Assembly: GCA_027319905.1 (NCBI GenBank)
Contig: DAHVMJ010000001.1
Coordinates: 32,001-96,000, forward strand
DNA length: 64,000 bases
Direction: 5' to 3'
From: Candidatus Micrarchaeota archaeon
GTDB taxonomy: Archaea > Micrarchaeota > Micrarchaeia > Micrarchaeales > CABMGC01
Shown here: piece after piece, positions 45,970 to 55,884 of the stretch
Numbering within the stretch: the first letter of the stretch is position 1
Layout: each line of letters begins with the position of its first letter
Program-made: the position numbers and the translations under genes
Notes under the pieces: model-generated
Told to the model about the DNA's origin: nothing
What the model saw: the letters and a program-made list of their open reading frames with translations, nothing else
Database searches by the model: none

Positions 45970-46488
45970 TTATGATTCTAGGGGGCTGCCGCATTTGGAG
46001 CAGAACCTTGCAGAATCGGGATTCTTGGTGCCGCACTTGGTGCAGTACCTGAACCCGCCCAATCCTCCATCCTCCTGCCCTGAACCGGAAGACGAATTTG
46101 AATCGTCGAGCTTCCTGTTGAGGAAATCGGCAAGCGCCTTGGCATCGGAGTTGCTCAGCCCGTCTATCTCTCCCTCCTCCCTGCCGTTCTTCAGCAGGCC
46201 CTGGTCCTTGTCGTAGCCCTGCACCCTTATGAACACGGATGAGGAGATGACTCCGTGCTCGAGCCTGACGCTCGTGACCTGCCTGTAAGGTATGACCTCG
46301 TAGTCCTGCCTTATGCCCAGCGTTGCCCTGTTGAGGATTATTATTCGTTTGTCTGTGGCGAGAACGGACGTCGGGGCGGTAACAGACCCTCCGGGGCCGA
46401 CGCGTCTCTGCCTGACAGTTACCTGTACCTTCTCATCAGGCCAGAGGATGCTCTTTGCGGCGCTTACGTCTCCGGCGTTTACCCCCAT
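45970..46488 (-). CDS. Bacterial-type PH domain plus zinc-ribbon protein
   Basis: ATDKRII...IPYRQVTSV PH pattern; CTKCG...FCSKCG. Confidence 0.8.
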   Translation of the reverse strand: MGVNAGDVSAAKSILWPDEKVQVTVRQRRVGPGGSVTAPTSVLATDKRIIILNRATLGIRQDYEVIPYRQVTSVRLEHGVISSSVFIRVQGYDKDQGLLKNGREEGEIDGLSNSDAKALADFLNRKLDDSNSSSGSGQEDGGLGGFRYCTKCGTKNPDSARFCSKCGSPLES

Positions 46489-46589
46489 GATACAGATACA
46501 GAGACCAAATATTTTAAGACTTGCGCCGAAGTGGGGTCTTCAATGAAATCCATGAGGCAGTGTTCTTTGATACGATTGGCCGGATGCAG

Positions 46590-49500
46590 CTAGCCAGGCA
46601 TGGTGAAGTTGTTGACGACCCAAGCTGGCTTCGGAGTTACGGTTGGTAGCGGGCCGGTGTAGTTGTCCAGTTGGTACACGACCACGGGCCAGGTACCGTT
46701 TACGTAGTTAACGCCTGTGAAGTTGCTCGGATAGACTACGTGGAACCCTGGAAGCTGGCCGAGATAGAAGGCGCGGTAGTAGTTACTGTCGTAGAATTTT
46801 GTGGGGGCGTCGGTTATAGTGTTGTTTGGACCGTTCGGAAGGTACAGAGGTATGAAAGTCAGGAACTGTTGCCCGCCAAAGTTGTTGAGTCCTGCGTAGA
46901 ACTGCTGCGAAGGCACGAGCAGTATGTTTGTCTCGTTGCCATTGCTGTCAAGGAGTCTCACAGAACTGGTGGTGAAGTTTGTCGGAGTGCAGTATGTTTG
47001 ATTCGACACCTGGTTGCCCGTGAGCAGTATCGTCTTCAGTGCTGATACCTTGCTGTTCTTGAACTGGCAGTAGCTGTTTATGTTGCTCGTAGACAGAGGC
47101 AGGAGCAGGTATGCCGGATCGTGGGTAAGCTCACACTGCGAAGTGCCAAGCAGATACGGCTGGCCCGTGCCGTTGCCCGCCTGCATTGCAAATGCCCTGC
47201 TGGTCTGGTTGATATTGACGCAGGCGAGAAAGTCGAGGGCCTGCCACTTTGCGGTGAGTTGGTCGTCGAAGACTACGTACTTGGCATAGACCTCGTTGTT
47301 CATGAAGTCGGTGAGGTTGGAGGGCCCATAGCCGTCCTGAGGACCCAGCACGTATCTTGCTGCCGTTTCGTAGTCAAGCTTGGCTATGGCGTTGTCTCCC
47401 CTGAGCACGGCGTTGCTGTTGCCGAACCAGTTGATCCAGTCGCCGTAGTCCCACCATGAGAGCACGCGCGGAGCGTTTGGGCCAACGTTCTGCTTCATCC
47501 ACGAGAGTGCGCCGAGCCATGAGTTTGACACCACGTTGCAGAACATGTCAAAGCCGAGGGAATTGCCCTGGGCGCTGATCGTGGAGCACGGCACGCCAAT
47601 GGCGGAGAAGATGCTTATGAATGCCGTAGATTCTAGCAACACTATGAGCACGCCGAAACCTATCACCGCAAGCCTGACGTTCTTGTGGACTTTGCCCTTG
47701 GTGAGGAGCAACAGCTCTCCTATTATTACGCCGAGGGCCAGTATGTAACCGACTCCGAAATGAGGCATGTACTTTATCTCTATCATGCCGGCTACCGCCA
47801 AGGGCCATACGGCTGCCATGGCAAGCACGCTCCCTTTTGAACTGCGTTTGTAGATGGCGAGTATCGCCAACGCCGAGAAGACTATCAGCACGAACCAGAC
47901 GACGGCGTTAACCCCGAAAGCGCTGGCCCCTATGGGCCCGAAGCCCGCGGCGCCGAAGTCGAAGTTGAAGCCCGTGGGCGCGTACTCCTGAACTGTCATG
48001 AAAAGGGCTATGGATGGCGTGGTGTAGTGAGCACTGAGGGCCAGATACCTGTCCACCGACGTACCGAGCGGTGTGAACAGGATAAGCAACAGCGCCAATA
48101 TGCCCAACCCTACAAGTGTCTCCAGGTACGAGGACAGGCTGATTTTTTTCAGTATTCCGCGCTCCTTGGCAAGCACGGGCAGGCGCTCCAACATAAAGAC
48201 GAAGATCAGGGCGAGCAGGGGAAACGAGACTATGATGGGTATGCCGGCCACGCTGGGTATCTTGTTAGCAAGCACTGAACCATATGAGTTGAAAGGTATG
48301 TAGAAGAGGACGATTATCCCTATGATTATCGCATTCATCTTGTAGAAATCACGCATCTCTCTCTTCCTTAGCACGTCCACCACGCCCTGGACTGCTATGT
48401 ATATCGCGAACACTCCGGCTATCACGGTGTAGTAGTGGGCGCCCAGGAACGATGAAACGAACGCTATGCCCGCGAGTACCGCAAACCGGGTCTCCTCGGG
48501 GTTCTGCACCGCGAGTAGGTACGCAGCATAGAAGAAGAACATGCCGAATATGCCCCATGGCTCCACGAGCTGCTCGCCAGCTATGAACGTGGTTATGAGC
48601 GCGGGCATCGCTGCGGCTAGCGCCGCACCTATTATTGCAGGATACTCGCCGTACATGTGATACAGGAACATGAAGACTATGAAGACGAGAAGCGCTGCGG
48701 TTATGGGGGGATAAACGCTGCCTACGTCGCTCAGCAGGGTATGACTTATCTGGTTGCTGGGCGGGTTGCTTATCTGGTACCAGTAGGCTTCGAGGTACGG
48801 CACGATGGGCTCTATCCTGTGCGGCGTGCCGTTTATCGCTGTTGGCCAGGCTGAATGGTCGTACAGCCACTGGTAACCGTGTATCAGCATGAACTCGGTG
48901 CTCTGCATATCAAAATAGGGGTCGAACTCGAAGAAGTGCGGGGCTATGCCTATACTCATCATTCGTGTTGCAAATGTGAAGAGCATGAGGAAGATGAGCA
49001 GAGCCCAGATAATCTTGGTGTTCTTGCTTTTCTTGCTGTCGCCTTCAACAAGCGACTTCTCTTCGCGCTCGTGCTCCTCCATCAACTTCCTCTCTTCAGC
49101 TGCGTGCATTACCTCCAGTTTCGCGCGCTCCTCTGCTGGAAGAGAACGCATCCTCGACTTCTCCTCTGCGTGCCGTCTTTCCAGATCTTCCTCCTCGCGC
49201 TGGTGCTTCCTAACAAGGTCGGTCTCGATGCTGAGTTCGGCTATCTTGCCTCTGAGCTCGGCGAGCCTGTTCCTGTAAGCCGCATTCGCCTCTGCTGCTA
49301 TCTCGCCTTCTGGCCTGGCCCTGACAAACCCAAGGTCGAGCACTCCCTGCTGCACGCAGAGCGCTATGCCGATTATGGTTAGTATGATTACGTTGGCCCC
49401 GTAGAGCGAGGAAGAGAAGCTGAAGGCGTGGATGTAATTCATCAGATACGATTCAAGCCACGTTAGCGTTGGAGGGAAGATGAGCCCGAACATGAAGCCG

Positions 49501-49616
49501 ATTATGGTTATCTCTATCATGTTCAGTTTGGTCTTCTTCAATAGCGCAAGGGCAAGAAAGAAGCCCGGGAGGATTATGGATATCAGTGCGATGAGAACCG
49601 ATACTACAAAAGACAT
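46590..49616 (-). CDS. aglB: Oligosaccharyltransferase AglB (STT3) with N-terminal extension
   Basis: EFDPYF, TVQE, SWWDYGDW, many TM helices. Start placed at ATG 49616. Confidence 0.93.
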   Translation of the reverse strand: MSFVVSVLIALISIILPGFFLALALLKKTKLNMIEITIIGFMFGLIFPPTLTWLESYLMNYIHAFSFSSSLYGANVIILTIIGIALCVQQGVLDLGFVRARPEGEIAAEANAAYRNRLAELRGKIAELSIETDLVRKHQREEEDLERRHAEEKSRMRSLPAEERAKLEVMHAAEERKLMEEHEREEKSLVEGDSKKSKNTKIIWALLIFLMLFTFATRMMSIGIAPHFFEFDPYFDMQSTEFMLIHGYQWLYDHSAWPTAINGTPHRIEPIVPYLEAYWYQISNPPSNQISHTLLSDVGSVYPPITAALLVFIVFMFLYHMYGEYPAIIGAALAAAMPALITTFIAGEQLVEPWGIFGMFFFYAAYLLAVQNPEETRFAVLAGIAFVSSFLGAHYYTVIAGVFAIYIAVQGVVDVLRKREMRDFYKMNAIIIGIIVLFYIPFNSYGSVLANKIPSVAGIPIIVSFPLLALIFVFMLERLPVLAKERGILKKISLSSYLETLVGLGILALLLILFTPLGTSVDRYLALSAHYTTPSIALFMTVQEYAPTGFNFDFGAAGFGPIGASAFGVNAVVWFVLIVFSALAILAIYKRSSKGSVLAMAAVWPLAVAGMIEIKYMPHFGVGYILALGVIIGELLLLTKGKVHKNVRLAVIGFGVLIVLLESTAFISIFSAIGVPCSTISAQGNSLGFDMFCNVVSNSWLGALSWMKQNVGPNAPRVLSWWDYGDWINWFGNSNAVLRGDNAIAKLDYETAARYVLGPQDGYGPSNLTDFMNNEVYAKYVVFDDQLTAKWQALDFLACVNINQTSRAFAMQAGNGTGQPYLLGTSQCELTHDPAYLLLPLSTSNINSYCQFKNSKVSALKTILLTGNQVSNQTYCTPTNFTTSSVRLLDSNGNETNILLVPSQQFYAGLNNFGGQQFLTFIPLYLPNGPNNTITDAPTKFYDSNYYRAFYLGQLPGFHVVYPSNFTGVNYVNGTWPVVVYQLDNYTGPLPTVTPKPAWVVNNFTMPG

Positions 49617-49927
49617 ACGACCATTCAGCAAAAGCCATAGCTATTGTGCATATTGCAATTATAAACCTTAGTAGTTTGCGAGGTTTTTATGGAGAGCGTC
49701 CGGAAGAGATGGGAAAAGAGGCAGAGCCACATCTGTTATCGTTCGGTGGCTGACGGCGATATAATAAAGGCAGAAATAACCGGCGGGGGGAAAGAACCAC
49801 ACGCGGGCCTATCAATAGTTGATTCCTAAACAGGATTTCCGATTATTAAACAGATTTTGAATTTTTAAACAAGGCTACACTAATGCGAATCTTTTTATAA
49901 GAGCAGGCAGAGTAGAAACCGGTACGC

Positions 49928-50557
49928 ATGGGGAGCACAGTAGGCTATAAAGATGCCGCTGCAGGGCTTGAGGCGAACCCGCGTTTTTCTGCTGTTATCA
50001 CGCGTGCGTTTCCGGAAATGCGCGAAATGACCTTTGCCGTAATGAAAGAGAGCGAGGGTCACGCACATTCGCAGGAGCTGCTGTTCAACCCGAGAAGCAG
50101 AACCGACTTTGTGCTGTGCGAAGATGCGGCGCTGTTGCACATGGCCGTACTCGAAGACCCATTGCTGACTGTTTTCAGGCCAGGCCTTTTCATCTACTGG
50201 CACGAGTACTATCACTCCACGGGCATAAGCTCGCACAAAACAGCTGAGGAGCTCGCGCTGAAGAAAATGGGCAATCCGGTGGATGCTTACGCTGTGCATT
50301 TTGCCTTTGACATTTGGCTGGGAGGCGACTCGCCAGACTACGACATAGATGAAGGCATAGAGGAGCTCAGGTTCAACCTTAACGATGCGCTGCTCAGCCG
50401 CGACCTTACCTTTGAAGAGGTGCGCCGCGAAGGGGCGCTAAGCAATGTAACGGTGCTGAACGAGCAGGAATGGGATGAGGCCAAGTCTAGGGCGTACAGG
50501 TATGCACACCTGTTGCGCGAGGCAATACCGTCTGCCGGTCTGCTTCGCGGCAGATAG
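49928..50557 (+). CDS. Hypothetical protein
   Basis: 209-aa ORF after TATA-like TTTTATAA; WHEYYH could be an HExxH metal site. Confidence 0.65.
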   Translation: MGSTVGYKDAAAGLEANPRFSAVITRAFPEMREMTFAVMKESEGHAHSQELLFNPRSRTDFVLCEDAALLHMAVLEDPLLTVFRPGLFIYWHEYYHSTGISSHKTAEELALKKMGNPVDAYAVHFAFDIWLGGDSPDYDIDEGIEELRFNLNDALLSRDLTFEEVRREGALSNVTVLNEQEWDEAKSRAYRYAHLLREAIPSAGLLRGR

Positions 50558-50600
50558 CGTTCTGGATTTAAATAGATGAGAACGCCATATCCTTTCGTGT

Positions 50601-51707
50601 ATGATGCGAGATAGCGTTGCTGTTGTTGGAGCTGGAACTTCTGGGCTTCTGACAGCCAGGGATCTTGCCATTTCCGGCATAAGTGCATCAGTGTACGATC
50701 AGAAGGTCAGGCTTGGTTATCCTGCAAAGGCGAGCGGGATAATATCGATAAACGGGTTGAAGAGCCTGGGCATAGGCTACGAGAAAGCGGTAACCAACAC
50801 ACTGTACGGAGCGAACATACATGCTGGAGAATCAGTCATGAGGATAATGGCCAGGAGACCTCAGGCGCATGTGCTTGACAGAGTGAAGCTGAACGAGATA
50901 TGTTACGATGAGAGTGTCTCGGCTGGGGCGAAAGTGCAAACCGGTGCGCGGGTAGGCTCCGCCAAGCTTGACGAACTGCACAAGGAAAGCATAATCGTGG
51001 GTGCGGATGGCCCTGTATCAGAGGTTGCAAGGCATTTCTCTATGGGCTCTATCAAAAAATACACGCTTACGTACAAGGCGGAGTTTAATGTTGACGTGGA
51101 GAATGAGAAGGTCGTTGACCTCTTCTTTGACAATGCGCTCGCACCAAGGTTCTTTGCGTGGCTCTGTCCGAATGCTGGGGACATACTTGAAGTGGGGATA
51201 GGCATAGACGCACAGAACGGGAACAGCAAAACTGCATTCGATAGGTTCGCAAAGAAGGAAGAGGTAGCAGCGATGATAGGCAAGAGCAAGATGCTCGATG
51301 GCTATGCGAGCATGATTCCGATGCAGACAGCGAGGAAGGTGGTCGATGAGAAGCAGGAAGTGTTGCTGGTGGGCGATGCTGCAGGGCAGGTCAAACCCAC
51401 AACAGGCGGCGGAATAGTCTTCGGGGGAAATGCGGGCAGGATTGCGGCAAGTGTAATAAGCGACCACATACACTCAGGAAAGGGCCTGTCTGCTTATGAG
51501 GACCTTTTCAGAAAGGGATTTGGAGCCGATATCGCTTTGCACGGGCTGATCAACCGCATTTACTCTTCGCTCGATGCTAAGAAGATAGGCTTCCTAATAA
51601 ACATCTCGAAGACGCTCGGCTTCGAGGGCTTCTTCTCTGAGTATGGTGACATGGATAGGCCGAGCCTGATGCTCAAGCGCTTATTCCTGAGAAGATTCGC
51701 CAAGTAG
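50601..51707 (+). CDS. Geranylgeranyl reductase family flavoprotein
   Basis: VVGAGTSG, GADG, FAWLCP, LVGDAAGQVKPTTGGGI. Confidence 0.9.
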   Translation: MMRDSVAVVGAGTSGLLTARDLAISGISASVYDQKVRLGYPAKASGIISINGLKSLGIGYEKAVTNTLYGANIHAGESVMRIMARRPQAHVLDRVKLNEICYDESVSAGAKVQTGARVGSAKLDELHKESIIVGADGPVSEVARHFSMGSIKKYTLTYKAEFNVDVENEKVVDLFFDNALAPRFFAWLCPNAGDILEVGIGIDAQNGNSKTAFDRFAKKEEVAAMIGKSKMLDGYASMIPMQTARKVVDEKQEVLLVGDAAGQVKPTTGGGIVFGGNAGRIAASVISDHIHSGKGLSAYEDLFRKGFGADIALHGLINRIYSSLDAKKIGFLINISKTLGFEGFFSEYGDMDRPSLMLKRLFLRRFAK

Positions 51708-51754
51708 ACGCTGGATAGTGTTTTATTGTTTTTCTCATTTAGATTAACGAGCTC

Positions 51755-52642
51755 ATGCGCGGAAAAAGATCTCAGTCTGCGATGGAGTATCTGATGACCT
51801 ACGGGTGGGCAATTCTCATAATCGCGGTCGTGCTGGGTGCACTATTTCAGCTTGGCGTCTTCAACGCAGGAACGTTCGCTCCGCGGGCTCCGCCAGGAGC
51901 CTGCCAGGTATTCAGGCCTAACGGCCCGGGCAGCACTCAGTTCATCAACCTCGAAGGAGTGTGCAACGGAGAGCTGCCGCAGTACGTGGCCTATTTCAAC
52001 GGGTACGCAAGCATTAGCGTGGATCCCCTCGCGGACGCGCCCCAGGGGAACGCTCACCATTCGGTTTTCTTTTGGATAGATCCGCAGTTTATTGGGAGCA
52101 GTAGCTATGTATATGAAACCCAGCTGGGAGGCTGCACTAGCAGCGGAGGTTACTACAACCAATCGGTACTGACGCTTAGCGGCAACTCGAACGGAGGCAC
52201 GCTTGGGTTCGACGGTTGTTATAATAACGGCGGCAGCGGCTTACAGGTGAACCTTAACACATGGATATTTGTGGGCTACACTTGGAATGGTGTGACTCTT
52301 GATGAGTATGCCAATACAAACAATCACACAATGAATCTTAACGCAGAGACCATCTACCCTGCACGCTTCACGTTCCAATTCAGCACCGGATGCTGCTCCG
52401 GTGGCGGAAATTTCAAAGGGTACGTCGCCAATTTGCAGATTTATAACTATACAGTGACCCCAAAAGAAGTTAATGCGTTATATTTAGAGGGAGTTGGGGG
52501 CGCTCCGATAAGGCTACAACGACTTGTTGCGTGGTGGCCTCTCAACGGAAACGCGAACGATTACTCTGGCAATAACAACAACGGTGTGCCAAACGGAGTA
52601 ACGTACACGAACCAGTGGGCTTCCGGCTACACGCCTCCTTAG
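51755..52642 (+). CDS. Pilin-like protein with class III signal and LamG/ConA domain (paralogue C)
   Basis: Same N- and C-terminal blocks as paralogues A and B. Confidence 0.9.
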   Translation: MRGKRSQSAMEYLMTYGWAILIIAVVLGALFQLGVFNAGTFAPRAPPGACQVFRPNGPGSTQFINLEGVCNGELPQYVAYFNGYASISVDPLADAPQGNAHHSVFFWIDPQFIGSSSYVYETQLGGCTSSGGYYNQSVLTLSGNSNGGTLGFDGCYNNGGSGLQVNLNTWIFVGYTWNGVTLDEYANTNNHTMNLNAETIYPARFTFQFSTGCCSGGGNFKGYVANLQIYNYTVTPKEVNALYLEGVGGAPIRLQRLVAWWPLNGNANDYSGNNNNGVPNGVTYTNQWASGYTPP

Positions 52643-52659
52643 GCTCACAATAAAATAAG

Positions 52660-53952
52660 TCAGGGTGTAAGCCTGTTTCTATCCCTGGGAAAGAGCGATG
52701 CTTCTCTTATATTCTGCGCCTCAACAACTTTCATCGTGAACCTTTCCAGTCCTATGCTCCACCCAGCGTGCGGAGGCGCGCCGTACTTGAACGCGTTAAT
52801 GTATGATTCGAAGTCTCTTGGGTTGAGCCCCTTCTTCTCCAGCGACTTGACGAGAAGCTCGGGCTTGTGTATACGCTGCGCCCCGCTGCATATCTCCAAT
52901 CCCTTGTACAGCAGGTCGTAGCTGTCCGTGAGTTCCGGGTTGTCGGCCTTCGGCATCGAATAGAAGGCGCGCAGGCTTGTTGGGAAGTCCCTCACTATCA
53001 CGGCGTCGCCGAAGAGCTTCTGCAGGCCCTGCTCTTGGTCCCTGGATATGTCGTGCCCGAACTCTATCGTGTGGCCTTTCTTCTTCAGCGCTTCTATCGC
53101 TTCCGTGTATGTTACCCTCTTGAACCTCGGCACCTTGAGCTTTGCGCCGAGCTGTTCGAGCTCCTCCTTGTTCTTCTTCCTGACCTGCTTGACCATATGA
53201 GCAACAACACTCTCGAGCATGCCGATTGCGTCGTCCGAGCTTGCAAACCCCATCTCTATATCCATCTGCGTGGACTCGGTTATGTGATACGTGGTGTTTG
53301 ATTTCTCGGCTCTGAACACAGGCACGACCATCATCACCTTGTCCAGCCCCCCGATAACTGCGAGCTGCTTGTACAGCTGCGGAGACTGCGCGAGATACGC
53401 CTCGCGCTCGAAGTATTTCACGCTGAAGAGGTCTGAGCCGCCCTCGCTCGCCTCTGATATTATCGACGGTGTGCGTATCTCCTCGAAGCCGTTCTTGGAC
53501 AGGAACTCGCGGAAGGCTCCGAGTATCGTGGACTCTATCTTGAAGATCGCGCTTGATTCTATCCTGCGAAGGTCTATGTATCTGTAGTTCAGCCTGACGT
53601 CTATCTCCGCGGGCACCTTGCCCGTTACCTCAAATGGTATTTTCTCCTGGAGCGGATTCAGGTTTTCTATGCTGCTCGGCACTATCTCGAATCCTTTCTT
53701 CGCTTCGGCGTTGGCAACGATCTTGCCGACTACGCGGAGCACGCTCTCCTTGGGCACGGACATGCTCTTGATTAATGAATCTGAGACAGCGCCCTTCTTG
53801 CCGACTACCTGCACTATGCCGGTCTTGTCCCTGAGGATAAGGAAGGTTATGTTGGACGTCTCGCGCACCTCGTGCGCCCATCCGGCGAGCGCCACTTCCT
53901 GTCCGTCCATCTCGTTGCTCAGTTGTCCTATGTAGTGTGTCCTTAGCATCAA
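52660..53952 (-). CDS. aspS: Aspartyl-tRNA synthetase (archaeal type)
   Basis: OB fold, LAQSPQLYKQ, FRAE, LEICSGAQRIH, PPHAGWSIGLER, FPRD. Confidence 0.96.
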   Translation of the reverse strand: MMLRTHYIGQLSNEMDGQEVALAGWAHEVRETSNITFLILRDKTGIVQVVGKKGAVSDSLIKSMSVPKESVLRVVGKIVANAEAKKGFEIVPSSIENLNPLQEKIPFEVTGKVPAEIDVRLNYRYIDLRRIESSAIFKIESTILGAFREFLSKNGFEEIRTPSIISEASEGGSDLFSVKYFEREAYLAQSPQLYKQLAVIGGLDKVMMVVPVFRAEKSNTTYHITESTQMDIEMGFASSDDAIGMLESVVAHMVKQVRKKNKEELEQLGAKLKVPRFKRVTYTEAIEALKKKGHTIEFGHDISRDQEQGLQKLFGDAVIVRDFPTSLRAFYSMPKADNPELTDSYDLLYKGLEICSGAQRIHKPELLVKSLEKKGLNPRDFESYINAFKYGAPPHAGWSIGLERFTMKVVEAQNIREASLFPRDRNRLTP

Positions 53953-53956
53953 AGCA

Positions 53957-54478
53957 CTACTTCTTGTCCGGCATCTGCCCCTTCTTTTCGAGCAGCCTCT
54001 TGCCCAGCTCTTCGCGCCTCTTCATCTGTTCCTTTATCTTCTCGAAATCCTCGGGTTTGAGCACCCTGTTCAGCACATAGTTGCTGTAGTCCAGCGATAC
54101 CTGCGCCATGTTCAGGAGCAGGGCCTGCAGATCTGCGGGCTTGAGCACGTAGTCTCTGGTTGGCTTGAGTATCTCCACTCCCGCGGGCGTAAAATCAAAC
54201 ATCACCTTCATCAAAGGCCATATGCTGGCAAAGAGCGCGGTTACCTGCGCGCTTGTCGAGAACGTGTCCTTGAGCTTGACCGGCTCATCTATGCCTCCAA
54301 AGCAGTAGACCACGCCCTCGGTCTTCAGCAGGCGGTTGTTTATAAGGTCGACCATAAGCGGCTGAAGGTCCTCTTGCTTTTCGCTCTCCATGTCGAAGTA
54401 GAGCTGCACCAGCAGACCGCCTTTCTCCAGCGTGCGCTGCGTCATCTCTTCCACCTCCTTCTTTCCCTCGTTGGCCAT
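53957..54478 (-). CDS. Hypothetical protein
   Basis: 173-aa ORF co-oriented between hisS and aspS. Confidence 0.75.
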   Translation of the reverse strand: MANEGKKEVEEMTQRTLEKGGLLVQLYFDMESEKQEDLQPLMVDLINNRLLKTEGVVYCFGGIDEPVKLKDTFSTSAQVTALFASIWPLMKVMFDFTPAGVEILKPTRDYVLKPADLQALLLNMAQVSLDYSNYVLNRVLKPEDFEKIKEQMKRREELGKRLLEKKGQMPDKK

Positions 54479-54482
54479 GCGC

Positions 54483-55754
54483 TCACTTCAGTTTTTCTAT
54501 TGCCTCTTGTATGCTAATAAGCTCTTCTTCTCCGCTCTCCATATTTCTCAATTTCGTCTTGCTCGCCTCCCGCTCCTTGTCTCCCATAATCAGCACCCAG
54601 CCTATGCCGAGTGAAGATGCGTACTCGAGCTGCTTTGAGATGTTCCTGTCGCCCACGTTCATGTCAACATACACGCCGCTGCCGCGCAGAGCTGTGGCCG
54701 CGGAAAGCGCGTATTCCCTGTTCTGCTGGCCGATATAGGCGACAAATGCTTTTGCGTATGTTTTTCTCTGCTTCTGCCCGTTAAGGATGTCGAAGATTCT
54801 GCTTACGCCGAGCGAAGATCCTGTGGCCGGCGTGCTTTTCTTTGAGTAGAGGCCGATTAGGTTGTCGTACCTGCCTCCGCTACCTATGCTAGGCAGGCGT
54901 TTGCCGTCTTCTTCTACTGCGAACTCCCAGACGAAGCCGGTGTAATAGTCGAAGCCGCGGGCGAGAGTCATATCGAATACTATTCTGCCGTTGAGCTTGT
55001 ATGCTGACAGAAGCGCGAGCAGTTCCTGCATCTTTTCCACCGCGTCTTTGGCGCCCTCGATGTTTGCCGAAACGCGCTGCAGTTTCTCTTCGTTGCTGCC
55101 CGCCTGTTCGACGAATCCCAGAAGCTTCTCTGCAGACTGGTCCGCGGGGGCGAGCGCTGAGAGCTGTGCAAGCGCCTCGTCTTTTTTAATCTTCTGGAGC
55201 TTGTCCAGTATCCTGATCGCCTGGGTCTCCTTGTCGGCTGGAACGCCGAAACCGAGTATCACCTGTTTGAGCAGAGTGCGGCTGTTTACCAGGACAACGT
55301 AGTTCCTGATTCCAAGCTCTTCTACCCCCATCGCTGCTGCCGCGATGACCTCGGCGTCGCTCTCGGCTTCGGAGCTGCCCACTATGTCAACGTCTGCCTG
55401 CACAAACTCTCTGTACCTCATCTTCTGCGGCTCGTCTCTCCTCCAGGCGTTGCCTATCTGGTACCTCTTGAACGGCAGGACAAGGTCCTTGTTGGCCGCA
55501 ACATACCGCGCCAGCGGCACGGTGAGGTCATACCTCAGTCCCGTCTGTTCGTCCTTCATAACAAAGATTTCTTTCGTAGGTTCGTCTCCGTATGCCTTTG
55601 AGTTGAGCGTGCTCATGTTCTCCATGGCTGGGGTCTCGAGAGGGTAGAAGCCGAAACGTTTGAAAACTTCCTCCACAACATCGCAGATGTACCTCAGGGA
55701 TATGGCTTCGGCTGGAGAGAAGTCTCTTACTCCGCGGGGCATATCCTCGGGCAA
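54483..55754 (-). CDS. hisS: Histidyl-tRNA synthetase
   Basis: PRGVRDF, LRYDLTVP, RYREFVQAD, RGFDYYTG, GGRYDNL. Confidence 0.96.
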   Translation of the reverse strand: MPEDMPRGVRDFSPAEAISLRYICDVVEEVFKRFGFYPLETPAMENMSTLNSKAYGDEPTKEIFVMKDEQTGLRYDLTVPLARYVAANKDLVLPFKRYQIGNAWRRDEPQKMRYREFVQADVDIVGSSEAESDAEVIAAAAMGVEELGIRNYVVLVNSRTLLKQVILGFGVPADKETQAIRILDKLQKIKKDEALAQLSALAPADQSAEKLLGFVEQAGSNEEKLQRVSANIEGAKDAVEKMQELLALLSAYKLNGRIVFDMTLARGFDYYTGFVWEFAVEEDGKRLPSIGSGGRYDNLIGLYSKKSTPATGSSLGVSRIFDILNGQKQRKTYAKAFVAYIGQQNREYALSAATALRGSGVYVDMNVGDRNISKQLEYASSLGIGWVLIMGDKEREASKTKLRNMESGEEELISIQEAIEKLK

Positions 55755-55884
55755 AAACTCACAGATTAGCTTTGGAGGTTAGCAAATAAAGAACTATCCT
55801 ATCTCTGCAACGCAGAAGGGCGAGAATCTCTGGCCGCGAGAACGACCGCCTGTTCCGCCATAGCCAGCAATCCGGCTTGCCTGC

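Noticed and set aside
49689..49829. 46-codon ORF MESVRKRW...
   Set aside because: Too short with no motif; possibly a gene remnant but unsupported.
32957..52642. Diversity-generating retroelement acting on the LamG pilins
   Set aside because: No reverse transcriptase, no template/variable repeat pair and no adenine-specific differences in this window.
51719..52657. TTTTATTGT/ACAATAAAA inverted repeat flanking pilin paralogue C
   Set aside because: Explained by a TATA-like box on one side and a T-rich aspS terminator on the other; absent at paralogues A and B.
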